Origin: Octopus bimaculoides
Lineage: Eukaryota
Direction of reading: 5' to 3'
DNA length: 64,000 nt
Assembly (NCBI RefSeq): GCF_001194135.2
Contig: NC_068987.1
Location: 23,768,150 to 23,832,149, forward strand
Part shown: positions 12,411 through 24,400 of the stretch, piece by piece
How positions within the stretch are numbered: position 1 is the first letter of the stretch
Layout: every line of letters begins with the position of its first letter
Notes under the pieces: generated by a model
Database searches by the model: none
What the model was told of the DNA's origin: nothing
Seen by the model: only the letters and a program-made list of their open reading frames with translations
Translations under genes and position numbers: made by a program

Positions 12411-13199
12411 TTCTTGGGTCTAAAATCTTATTCTCCCAAGCTTTTCTCTGTAAAATTTGTTGTTTGTTTCTTTTTTCTTTTTTTTTAAATACTTTTGTTT
12501 TCATAAATTTTTTATAGACTATTTAGCTGTTTATATGTTGCAAAATATACCATATCTGCTCAATCAATGGCGAACATGACTTTGCAACAGTGGTACACTC
12601 TAAACCTCACAGCTGTTGTGGACCTCAACATCTGGCAACGGTGACAAATTTCACAAGAGTCTTGGACTTCATTCACATCTGGTAACTGATGGTCTTAACA
12701 TCTGACAGCAGTGGCAGACATCACAGATCAGTTACACTTTTGTGACAAACTTCATCCCAGTTGAAAACTGTCAATCCTTTTGCTAAAAGTTAGTGTGGTT
12801 TGAAAATTTTGTTGAGTCAACTAGTTCTCTACACTTCAAGTACTTCCTTTGCTAGATTTACTAAGGTGTGTGTGTGCACATATATATATATATATATCAT
12901 TGTTTTAATGTCCACTCTTCCATGCTTGTCTGGGTTGGAAGCCCATCTTGTTGCCAACTATTATAATATCAAGACAAGGATATACACACACAACTGGCTT
13001 CCTTTAGTTTCTACATACCAAATCCACTCACAAGGTTTTGGTTGGCATGTGGCTATAGTAGAAGACAAGGTTTCACATAGTGGGACTGAACACAAAACCA
13101 GGTGGATGGGAAATAAACTTTTAAACCACATAGCTATAATTGTGTGTGTTTGTGTCTATTTGTCTTGATTCTACATACCAAAAGAGGTATTTTCTAGTG

Positions 13200-13480
13200 A
13201 AAATTTCAATTCTGGAATTTAAATAGCTGTTGTGGTTCCTTAACTTCAGCAGGATGTTATAATCAAGAGTTATCAGCCAAGCATACTGATAAAACAAATA
13301 GTACAAAATTAGCAAACCACATCCAGAAACTGATGGACAATAACATTGTTTACAGCAACAAATTGGAGGCATTTGAGAGATCAAAGCTGTAGAAGAATGG
13401 AATAAAGAAATGCAGCCTCTGTTTAGCTGAGAGAATACATACCGTGCTAAAGACAAAGAACCACAACAGAAGGTTCTCTG
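13200..13480 (+). mobile_element. Penelope-like element, C-terminal part of the GIY-YIG endonuclease (pseudogenized)
   Basis: NSTKLANHIQKLMDNNIVYSNKL...KNGIKKCSLCLAERIH fits the PLE pattern STxLSxHIWxLKxxxIxYxIxW...CxLCLxEK; one in-frame stop. Confidence 0.7.
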
Positions 13481-14273
13481 CTGCCAACCTTCACCTGTTT
13501 CCAATCTTCCAACCTGGTGAGCAACACAGCTCGCAACAAATTTGTGGGGAACTGGAAACAAAACAACACTGACTGAACCTTTTGTTTGCAGCATGTTAAG
13601 AATCCTCGATATGCTTTCATGTTGGACGGACTGCAAACAATGCTGTCTGTACAAGCTATGATGCATTTGTTTACAGCCACCAAACACATGAAGACAATCG
13701 GAAATACGAACCCTTGTACTCAAACTGACATTCTTTTATACATATGCATGGATATAAAACCCAGGCCCTTCTGTTTGTGAGTCAAACATGCTAATTAATC
13801 ATTAGGGCATGGGCCTTGTATATGTGTGTTTTTATCGCTGCTTGACAATCTGTTGGTTTGCTTACATTACTATAATCTAATCGTTTGACGAGAAGAGGCC
13901 AATATATATATATATCAAGCTTAAAAAGAGTACAAGCTTCGATTGATCCATTCAAGGAGTGGTAACTGCATTGACCATGTCAAAGACGATAGTAAGATCA
14001 ACAAATAGAGTACTTGAAGTTAAAAATACACTTACGAAGTTGCCTAGAAGAGAAAATCATGTCCATTATGCTTTCATATCCAACTTGCAAGTAAGCAGAA
14101 GGTTAGTTCGTTTGCTCAGAGTCGCGTCCCTTAGTTTAGTAAATTAACAGATGTGCTGAATATCAGTTTAATTCAGAAATGGTATCCAATAAAGATTTCA
14201 CATACACGAGATTTGGTGTGCCAAAGAAAATAAATTCTATCTTACATGATGGAGAGTGCTTTGAACTTGTAGG

Positions 14274-15142
14274 GGATCTTTTCCTTTTCATGAACAGCTC
14301 GATTAATTTCCTTTAACTAAATACTTTGGATACTGGTAGAATGTGTCATATAGAACGTCTTTTACTCTTAGCGTTGTTGAGAAAAGTTTCTATTTACAAA
14401 GTTATATTTTGGTAATTTCAACCAATCAATGATGTGTATTCAGCTGAATAAAATTACTGCTGTTGTTTGTCAACAACTATCGGCGGTGTACATTTCATTT
14501 GTCACTGTTATTTATGACATCGTTCGTGTGTTTGTACTGGTTTTAGCTTTAGGGTTAGAGTTATTGAAAAATGAAGAAATTGGAGGGGTGGAGCAAAAAA
14601 TTTCAAAATTCCAATTTTTGACAATTTTCTGGAATTTCCATATCCAAAAAGCTGTGTTTTTGGCAAAAAAAAATTTTAAAAAAACTAATTGCAAGAAAAT
14701 GGGGTGGGGGTGGGGGACAGGAGGAAGTCTTTCTGAAAATAGTTGCTGAAAAACGGGGAAAAAAAACCTAAAAGCAGAAGAAATGCACAAACGATTATTG
14801 TGGTGTCATGAAGTAAACATGCTTCAGATACACTCATTTATTCATACGAATGTAACTGAGATGAAATATGTCATAAATAACAAACGAAATATACACCGCC
14901 GGAAGTTGTTGTTGACAAACAATAGCAGTAATTTTATTCGGCTGACGACACGTCATTGATTGGTTGAAATTACTGAAAAACAACAACTTTAACATGATAT
15001 AACTTTGAAAATAGAAACTTTTCTCAACAATGCTAAGAGTAAAAGATATTCTATATGACACATTCTACCAGTATCCAAAGTTTCAAAGTGTTTAGTTAAA
15101 GAAAATTAAATAATCGAGCTGCCCATGAAAAGGAAAAGATCC
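14274..15142. mobile_element. Foldback/MITE-like element with about 250-bp terminal inverted repeats
   Basis: 14274-14520 (ggatcttttccttttcatg...tttatgacat) is the reverse complement of about 14868-15142, with scattered substitutions and indels. No clear target-site duplication. Confidence 0.8.
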
Positions 15143-15489
15143 ACTCATATATATATATGTATATAGCTTCACACACTGTTCTTTTTGTCTTCCTATTTCA
15201 AGGTTATTTCCCTTATTTTTCTCTCATTGAGACTGGAGATCATTAATGTTCTATGAAAAGAATAGGATGGAAATACAAATTAATCTGTATTGCATGCATC
15301 TACATCGTATAAGTGTGTGTTTATATATTATTTATGATGATTCAAATCCCACTGAGATCAACTTGGCATTTCATCCTTTCAAGATTGGGGTAATCTATTA
15401 TCCTCATCTAAATTTCCTGGCCTTGTGCCAAAATTTGAAACCATTATTATAATTGATACTACATTATAGTTTCATAACAGCTTGTACCA

Positions 15490-15688
15490 TACTTTCGATA
15501 TGAGACTCAAATCTGGCTACCATAAAAATCCTATATTTTCATAATTAAATATTATTAGGAATTGTATAAAAAAGTTTTTAATATTTTGTGTATTGTAGAA
15601 GTATAACCAATTTATTGCACATAATTTTTAAAGCCAAGATTTTATACGGAGCCCCAAGGGCCATGTGAAACCCAGTTGAGAACCACTG
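15490..15688 (-). mobile_element. hAT-like transposon end fragment
   Basis: Minus-strand terminus CAGTGGTTCTCAACTGGG, typical of hAT (Charlie-type) termini. The other end was not found. Confidence 0.35.
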
Positions 15689-16093
15689 TTACAGAAAATC
15701 AGTAGAAAATATCTATCCACAGCACTGCTTAAGCATGCCTGCTATATAATTTGAGCTTGGCAGATGCTAGCATGATGGTAGATAATTTCTACTAGCTTTC
15801 AGTAAGGAAGCTATGGCTTCCAAAGTCATTTGAAGATTATCCCATTTGGTATTCATTCCCAGCAACAGCAAAGGAATTTGACATGCATTCATCAGTCCAC
15901 AAAGGATGATCTGAAACGATGGTTTTCATTGCTTATTGTCTAAAGTGAGAATTTCCTTCACAACGAAGCATAATAAAAACGGCCTTTTTACTGGTCAAAT
16001 ATGCCCCAGACATATTTGAACTGATACAAAATTTGTTTATTCAACACTATTTCACGTGCCTATTATATATCTCATTCTCTCTCATTATATATA

Positions 16094-16659
16094 TCATCAT
16101 CGTTTAACATCTGCTTTCCATGCTAGCATGGGTTGGACGATTTGACTGAGGACTGGCAAGCCAGAAGGCTGCACCAGGCTCCAATCTGATCTGGCAGAGT
16201 TTCTACAGCTGGATGCCCTTCCTAACACCAACCACTCTGAGTGTAGTGGGTGCTTTTACATGCCACTGGCACGAGGGCCAGTTACACAGTACTGGCAATG
16301 GCCACGCTCAAAATGGTGTTTTTTACGTGCCACCTGCATGGGAACCAGTCCAGCGGCACTGGCAACGACTTCACTCGAATGATTTTCTAACGTGCTACCA
16401 GCACAAGTACCAGAAGGCGACGCTGGTAACAATCACGTTCAAATGGTATTATTTATGGGCCACTAGCACTGAAGCCAGACAGCTGCTCTGGCAATGAACA
16501 CGCTGGGACAGTGCTGTTAGTGCTCCACTGGCGCAGGTGCCAGTCATCGAATATGGTTCAATTACGATTTCAATTTCATGGGTGCCAGTCGTCGGATATG
16601 GTTTGATTTCGATTTCAGATTTCAAATTCACTTGCCTCAATAGGTCTTCGCAAGCAGAG
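16094..16659 (-). mobile_element. Long copy of the (GAT)n-tailed RTE-3'-end repeat family
   Basis: Same sequence as the tail of the 5180-6208 LINE. Further copies near 960, 5000, 36050, 42880, 46260, 51370, 52625, 52830, 54720, 55260 and 62801. Confidence 0.8.
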
Positions 16660-19600
16660 TTATATATATATATACACACACACATACACACATCAACATG
16701 TATATATCTGTGTTTTCCACTTACCATCACTTGACAACCAATGTTGGCTTGTTTATGTCCCTATAACTTAGGAGTTCAACAATAGAGATCAATAGAACAA
16801 GTACCAGGGTTAAAAATAAGTATTGAGAACAATTTGTTAAACTAAACTCTTCAAGGAAGTACCTAGGCATGGCCATAGTTCAATGACTGAAACAAGTAAA
16901 GCTATTTACATGTGTGTTTGTGTGTAATTATGTTCATCTATGTGTATATATATATGCATATATACACACACACACATATGTATATGCTTTGAGTAAATGC
17001 TCAGGGTATTAAAAGAAATTGCTAATGAAACACCTAATCATTGACACTGCATTTGACAAGAACAAATATATATATATAATAACAACAGTATATAACAAGA
17101 GCCTAGTTCTGATGAATTCCTTGTGTGCTGAATTTAGTAAATGGAAGCTACGAAAGTCATTTAAAAAACAATTCTTGTAAAACTTGTTTCCTTTTCTACA
17201 GAAGTTTGCTGAGATGGAAATTGAATTATGGTTAGAGGTCACTAATACTATTTATTTAATGCCCATTTTTCTATGCTATCATAGGTTGGGCAGGACTATT
17301 CAATGTAGAATTTTATGGCTGGACATCCTTCCAACTCTTGCCGCCTTTTCAAATAAGTGGGGGTGGTTTTTTGTCCATTTTTTTTTGTTTTTAATTTTAG
17401 AAATCTTTGGCAGTGCAGCACAACTGACAGTATTGTTAACATGGAATATAAACATCATCTCATTTCACTCACATTGTGACAAGCAAAGCCATGGAATGTA
17501 AACATCTGTGAACATATGCACACATCAAATGCATTCACACTCTGCTCTTCCACCAACCTCTTCAGTACCCACTAGTGTCTCCTGGCCCCTCCTCATCTGC
17601 CAACTTTTCTCTCCTCCACAGCCTCTCAGCCTTCCCAGCACCCTTTCTCATCTTTCTTCCCTCTGACCTAACTCCACATTTCTTTCTTTTAATGATTCTC
17701 AGTATTCCTCTCCAACCGAGTCCATTGCACCTTTTCATCACACTTTCTGTTCATACTTCCTCCTTATAATGTTAGATAGCCCAAGACCTCAAACCCACAT
17801 ATCAGTACTCATCTGTCCCTCTCTTTTTCTCAATAACTTGTTACTAATCCTTTCCCTCTCTCCTAGTCTCTGCCATACCTCCCCATCCTCTTCTCTTACT
17901 TATCACTGCTCATCACTCAAAGTCAGATCAGTCCTTCCTATTCCTCTGTTCCATTTCAGTTATGGGAGCCACTTTCATGTAAGTTACATCACAATTGTCA
18001 CTGGTGCCAGTGCCATGAAAAAAGTACCCAGTACAATGTGTAAAGTAGTCGACATTAGAAAGTGTATCTAGCTATTAGAAACCACACCAGACTAGATACT
18101 GGAGCATTACATAGTCCTCCATTTGCCTCATTCATGCAAGTGCGGAAGGCAGATGTTAAATTATGATAATGTGGATGTGTGTATACATATGAGGTGTCTG
18201 TGAATGTTTGCAATATATGCTGAGCTATGGCTACAAACATTGACATCAGCATTTGTGACATCTGCTGACAGTGTTTCTATCAACATATTGTCCACAAACT
18301 CTGCCTTTTCATATTCTGCTGACATACAAAAAATTGTAAAAATTGTGAAAAAAAGTGCCTTACTTGATAAAGGGTTGGCAATATGATGGCTGTAAAAAAA
18401 TCCAGTTCAACAAATTCCGTCTAAATCCATGCAAACATAGAAAAGTTGACTCTAAAATGGTGAAGGTATATAGAGGAAGAAAGCATAGAAAAGTTTATTG
18501 AAAAAATGACAATTTTTTTTTATAGCAATATTTTATTATAACTTAGAAAAAAAAAATATTGAAAGAAAAAAAAAGAGGAACATACTGTCACTTGTTTATT
18601 TTTTGTTTGTTTTCGTTTTGTAGGTTTTTTTTTTTACCTCTTGAAAGAATTGAGGTTAATGGTATGGTAGGTACAGAGTAGTTAATATGATACCACACAG
18701 TTTTTGTTGTGTCTATTATTACTCTCCCCACCACACACATACACACACACACTAATTGTCAAAATACATTGATTGATTGATTGGATTTGATTGATTAAGG
18801 CTAAAAAAAATCACATCCAAGCATTGTCTTCCAACCCTGGTGGCAATCACCAGTGTCTGCTGAAGACAAGCTTTCTTGGCTTTTGATTTTTCTTTCCGAG
18901 ACAACAGCCACATTGGAATCTCACAAAATCTAAGACATATTGAAGAAAATAGTAGAAAAGAAATATTTCCTATCTGATGATGAACCATTTTTTTTTTTTA
19001 ATTATATATATATTACATACTTATTTTGTTATGTTAATTACAAAAATTGCTCATAAGTTCCCTCAAAATGTTTAAGTCATCTGCTCAACAGTACGAGAGG
19101 GCAGGTCATAATACAGGCTTCTTGGTCTGTTTCCCACTATTGTTGTGGTGGCCCTCCAGCCCTACCACTTAGTTGTCTTCATTGTTATCAAAGTTGACAC
19201 ATAGGAGCCCTCACTTTCAGTCAGTTAACATTTCGTACAAATATTCCATTAAAGCTAGGAGCTTAAAGATTTCCTTTCCTTCACCAAAATGACAAAATAC
19301 AGCAGTAACGTTAAATTAAATTAGTTTTTCTCTCCCCACCACCCGTCTATAAAAATTGGGTTCCAATTTTAAAGGCAATACAATGAAATTATGACTAGAA
19401 AGAGAGAAGGGGATAGGAGAAATAAGTTACAAATGTTACTGTTTCTGCAAAGAGAAAACAATAAATAGGGGGGTAACTGTGGTGCTGACCACAATCTATT
19501 TCTAGCATTATTCTCTTCCTAAGTTCTAGTTATGATTTGAACTCCTGACCAGAATGCCAAAAATAAAAAATCAAACCTCACAACAGCTACAGCATTGTGT

Positions 19601-21556
19601 TCCTAGATTAAGGCAAACCATTTATTTTCAGCCTGACTGTTTGGCAAGAAGTTTGAGTGTTTACATATACAAAAGGCATTCGGTAGAAAAGAGATTTGCT
19701 CTAATAACAGTTTACTTTTAGTTTGTTGGCCACAAGTAAGGCCATGCTGGAGCATTGCCTTTCAAGGTTAAAATATTTAAAAATAAACAAAACATTTCCA
19801 CTAACAAGGATAAACAATTGTAAAAACCGACAAAAAAGAGGAAGAAAAAAAAAGCTCTAAAACTTTGCTTGCTTCCTATGTGTGTTTCAGAGATGAGATA
19901 CTTGTCAAGATTATATTGTTGCTCAACCACATACGATTAAATAATTGAAAAATAGTTTCAGTTAAAATAATCTCTTAAATTGAAAAGAAAAAGCAAAAAA
20001 ATAACTTTTGAATTTTTTTCTTTCACCATTGCAGTAAAATATAAAGATTTGAAAGTCAGATGAAGATGTTGATTGTTATTCCATGAAGAGCATTTGATGT
20101 AAATAAACTGATAGGTGGAAGTTAAGGAAGACATGTTAGACCTAAACAAGGTCAGTCAACTGACTTTTACACCCTACATACCACAGACAGACATACATCT
20201 GACACTCAGTGACTGCTACTTCACAATTTTAAATGTCAATGTGACCAACATGTGCCAGATGCAAGTTTATAACTGAACAGACATTAAATTTTCCACCACC
20301 AAGATTTTAATTATCTAACATCTGTAATGATAATGGCATGTCTGTCAGTAGTATTAGTGTCATGTTTGTTACTAATGTAGCAATGGAGTGTCCAACCAGT
20401 TAGTGTAGCAGTGGAGTGCCAACCACCCAGTCACACTGGCTTTGTCCTATCATTCTATCTTAAAAGTGTGAACATTGTTAAATGAAGAATTGACCATACT
20501 AATCATTAAATCACAGACACACACAAGTGACCACACTGAAATGTTAAGAAAATATCCAGAAAATCTATTTTAGGTCAAGTGGGGACACCAAGGCTGGTTG
20601 GGTTCAAACAGTGAAGCCATGCACTGAGTTTGGGGTGGATTGGGATGGCAGGCTTTAAGAGCAACCATAGTAAATTACAGCAAATTAGTTGTGTAACAGA
20701 AAATTAGTACATGTATGGACACTTGTTATTGTTTAGAATATGTCTGCTATTGTCAAATATTGAGAAGTTAATCTGTTACAGATAGAATATGTATACAATG
20801 GAAATAATATAATTCAGTAGGTACTTACAGGAGAAATAGATATCTGAGGGTCACTACTAGAGAAAAAGTGGCATTCACAATACAACAGTGTTCTGTAATG
20901 CAGGCAATAAATTGTAGACAAATTAACTGTCTTTCATACTACTCTGTGTGTGTGTGTGTGTGTGCACGCACATATATATATATATATATATATACATACA
21001 CATGCATACATGTGCAATTTTTGCATGTAAACCAGCAGCTCATCTGAGCTATACATGTAAGTGGAGATGTGTTGATTCTTAACTATGAGCAGGACAGCCT
21101 GAAAAGCTAAGAAAATGGACAAAGTATCATTGAAAGAGAGAATGAAATAAACTGATTGAGTGAATGATCCGACTGAAACCAGTTTTGATGTTTAGATGTG
21201 TCAGAGTTAACCACAAGCTGCTAGTGTACCTCTCACAGCCTTTCCTAACATCCAATCCATTCTACAAACAGTAGCAGGGGTTAGTCTTACACAGGATCAT
21301 CTAACCAGTTTGATTATAAATGTACCACTTTACACAAGACCTGTAAGACAGGAGTAATAGAAAGGGTCCAAGTGCTGGTGGTGAGAATAACTGTGGTGGC
21401 AGTGTCACTTCATTATGAGAAAACACTCTTTGTGAATAAAGTGAGAGGAATACTCAGAGTGTAATACTCCAAGCTTAATATGTGTGTGTGTGTATATGTG
21501 ATTGTGTATGTTACATGAGCTTTTATTTTGCACAGTGACTGTAACTGAATAATCCA

Positions 21557-21650
21557 TTAGAAACATCCCTCTTTCCAGCTGTCATCATACCCTGGAGATG
21601 TTATTGCAGAAGTTGGTGGCTTTTCTTGAGGTTTAAATGGAATTCCAGAT
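21557..21650 (-). CDS. SLAIN2: SLAIN-family protein, last coding exon
   Basis: gcctag|A TCT GGA ATT CCA...TGT TTC TAA; SGIPFKPQEKPPTSAITSPGYDDSWKEGCF* vs the SLAIN2 C-terminus DDSWKDGCY*. Confidence 0.95.
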
Positions 21651-23695
21651 CTAGGCAAAAACAAAGTAAGAAAAAAATATTTTTTTTTTTAAATGATCAG
21701 AATGAAGAGAATCAAAGTTAAAGGAATCCAGTAGTCATAGAGACTTACTGAAGTAGGTGAAAGCATATTTAATCACTGGACCATATTTCTAATGAAATAC
21801 ACTGTTTGAATTAATTTTCAAAATAATTAAGAATTTGGAGCAATTTAATAAAATAACTGAGTCTTATTTGAAACATAATTAAGGTCTTGTTTGGAACATA
21901 ACATCACTGAATGCTTTTAAATGAAATTATAATGAGAAGTTTAAATTTAAATATGAACATTTTAAAATTAGAGGCTTTGCATCATTAAACCAAATACTCT
22001 GTATAATCAAACCACAGTCATTGATTAAAGCAGATAATTTGTATAATTAAATCAAATTTTGTGTCATTCAAGCAGAGGTGTTGATTAATTAAAGTAGAAA
22101 TTTTGTATAATTAAACAAGAGACATTGTATAATTAAACTAGAAACTTTTTGTTATTAAATCAGAGCTGATCTGAGGCAGGTTGGTATCAAAAAGTATAAA
22201 CAGCAGAAGTACAATAAAACATGTAGTGACAAACACAATATTAAGTAATAAAAAGATTTTCCCCATTTTCCACAAAAGACAACTCCAAACATGTTTGAGC
22301 CTTATTAGGTATCCTCTGTTGAAGCATAACCTCACAGTAACTTGCTCAAGTATTATTTTGCTTAGTGAGTTGAGAACAATCACTAAGTAAATAAATATAT
22401 AAAGACAAATTGGAGTTAGGTATCCAGGACAAATTTGCCTAACAGAAGAAATGTTGCTAGAAGTAATGTATGTATGCAGAAAGATATTTCAAATGATCTA
22501 TCGACAATCTGGTCATATCAGGCATAGCTAGAGATAATCTTGTTACAGTATTCTATCAGAATGTTTATATCTAAGTAAAGAGCCACTTCCATAAAGCAAG
22601 GTCTAGGGATTTGTACTCATAACTTCCTCTACTGGACTTTGAAACAGATGTTTAACGAAATGTTCTCATCTTAAGACATTACAGGTCTGGAAACACAAAA
22701 CAGAAATAAACTAAAGCTCATAAACCAGCAAAGTTATATGTCTATGTACTTGCTTTAATCCTTTTGTTATTATTTTTTTGTTGAAATATACTGCTTTTGG
22801 TTCAATTAAATTTTTAAATAATACAGAACTTAGTAAAATAATTTTGTCATTATAAAGCTAGTGTTTCGAACATAAATTAACAATGAATTTTGATGGGCAG
22901 TCTTAATTGAGATAATTTTGAAACAAGAAAGTTGAATTGTAGAACCAGTTGCAGTCTCCAGCAGATTGATATCGGAAGGGTTAAATATGTGCATGGAGGC
23001 ATGGATGTAGAACAGCTAAATGGTTACCATAGCTATCAATATCCAAAACTTGTGCACTTTTAAACCAGTCACATAACTGTTTCTGTCACTCTACTTAAAC
23101 AAAATAGATGCCATTCAGAATAATGAACAACCTTCTAAATAGTCACCAGTATCAAGAAACAAGATTCCACCAGATGACTATACTAGCCAATTTGGGGACC
23201 ACAACATGGTCATTGAAGTTACTAGAAATAGCAGGCAAGTGCTGTTCATATCGTTTTAAAAGAAGCAAGGACACACTAGACAATCTAGTCACAAATACAT
23301 CTGAAAAAACTGCATGTCCTGGCCTGAACACCTATAATCAGGGCAGATCTGGGTTAAACAGAATAATTAAGGGTCAGACCAATATGGGCAAACTGCAGGT
23401 CACATGTGGTTTGTAAGACTTTCTGAATGGTATGCCTAACAAAAAATCACCTTGAATTTTTGTTTAGCTGTATTGCTCAACTGATGATGAGCCATGCCTT
23501 ATGTGGCTGGCTTCTTGGAAAAGGTTTCCCATGACTGGGTTAGACTTTACACTGTAAAATCATCTGTTCCAAAATTTCAGGTAAAGATATCTAAAACTCT
23601 GTTGTATCCTTAGTTGTGAATGTATGTTTGTGAAATACACAGACTATTCTGGTAAGGGTTAGATATAATGGAAAGCAAGACGAAAAATAACACAC

Positions 23696-24026
23696 CTTCT
23701 GGGAGCTGGTAAACTAGAGCGTGGTGCAGAAGATGGCCTTGGTATTGATCTACGAGCAGACATAGATCCTGGTTGTGGAAGATTACTTCTGATAGGTGAA
23801 GATCCTCTACGAACATTGTTTGGTTGTTTCAGGTTACTAACTAATGGTGAGGTTGGTCGACCTGGTTGCTGTAGGCGTGATGGTTGTCGTGTCGCTGATT
23901 CTGGTGTGCCCCCTGCCACATACAGCATTTCATCACTGCAGGCATCAAGACTAGAGTCACTGGAGTATATAGGGGGTGGTGGCGTTACTAACTTATACAT
24001 GTTAGACATCCCTCTACGTCCTTCAT
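23696..24026 (-). CDS. SLAIN2: SLAIN-family protein, penultimate exon with SxLP EB-binding-type motifs
   Basis: gaacag|AT GAA GGA...AGA AG|gtgtgt; 331 nt, phase 1 to 2; contains SRLQQP, RSNLPQP and RSSLPAPR (cf. SLAIN2 SRLQQP, RRSLPAPK). Confidence 0.88.
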
Positions 24027-24271
24027 CTGTTCAACGGGAAAGAGAACATATAAATTTACTGTTGTTTGTTTCAGAGGAAAAATAAAAAAGAGAATTCAAA
24101 ATATAAAATGGATCATGGTTAGACAAATGAAGAGAAGGTGAGAGGAAAGACAAAGAATAAACAGTCATAGATAATGTCGGGGATGCTAAAGGATTATAAC
24201 GCATTCAAAACTGTACAGTAGCATTTAAACACACACAAAGAGTGTGCACAAGAAAAAGAAGAACAACATAC

Positions 24272-24400
24272 CTTGTGGATGGTGGTTAATACAGTTTATT
24301 TGGTTTTGGCTACTAAATGGACTGTCAGGAGGACTGTTGGACTCAGAGCCACCATTTGATGCCATGCTGTGACTGTTGCGCCGGGAAGATGACATACTTT
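24272..24400 (-). CDS. SLAIN2: SLAIN-family protein, internal exon
   Basis: taccag|AA AGT ATG...CAA G|gtatgt; 129 nt; (E)SMSSSRRNSHSMASNGGSESNSPPDSPFSSQNQINCINHHPQ. Confidence 0.85.

Noticed and set aside
13121-13723. Longest gap-free ORF in the track (200 aa, minus strand)
   Set aside because: No recognisable domain or splice context. It overlaps the antisense of a Penelope-like fragment and runs into a SINE and TG repeat.
23464-23551. Possible alternative last SLAIN exon (SVKSNPVMGNLFQEASHIRHGSSSVEQYS*)
   Set aside because: Phase-compatible, but the acceptor is mediocre and there is no homology. A 28-codon open stretch is expected by chance.
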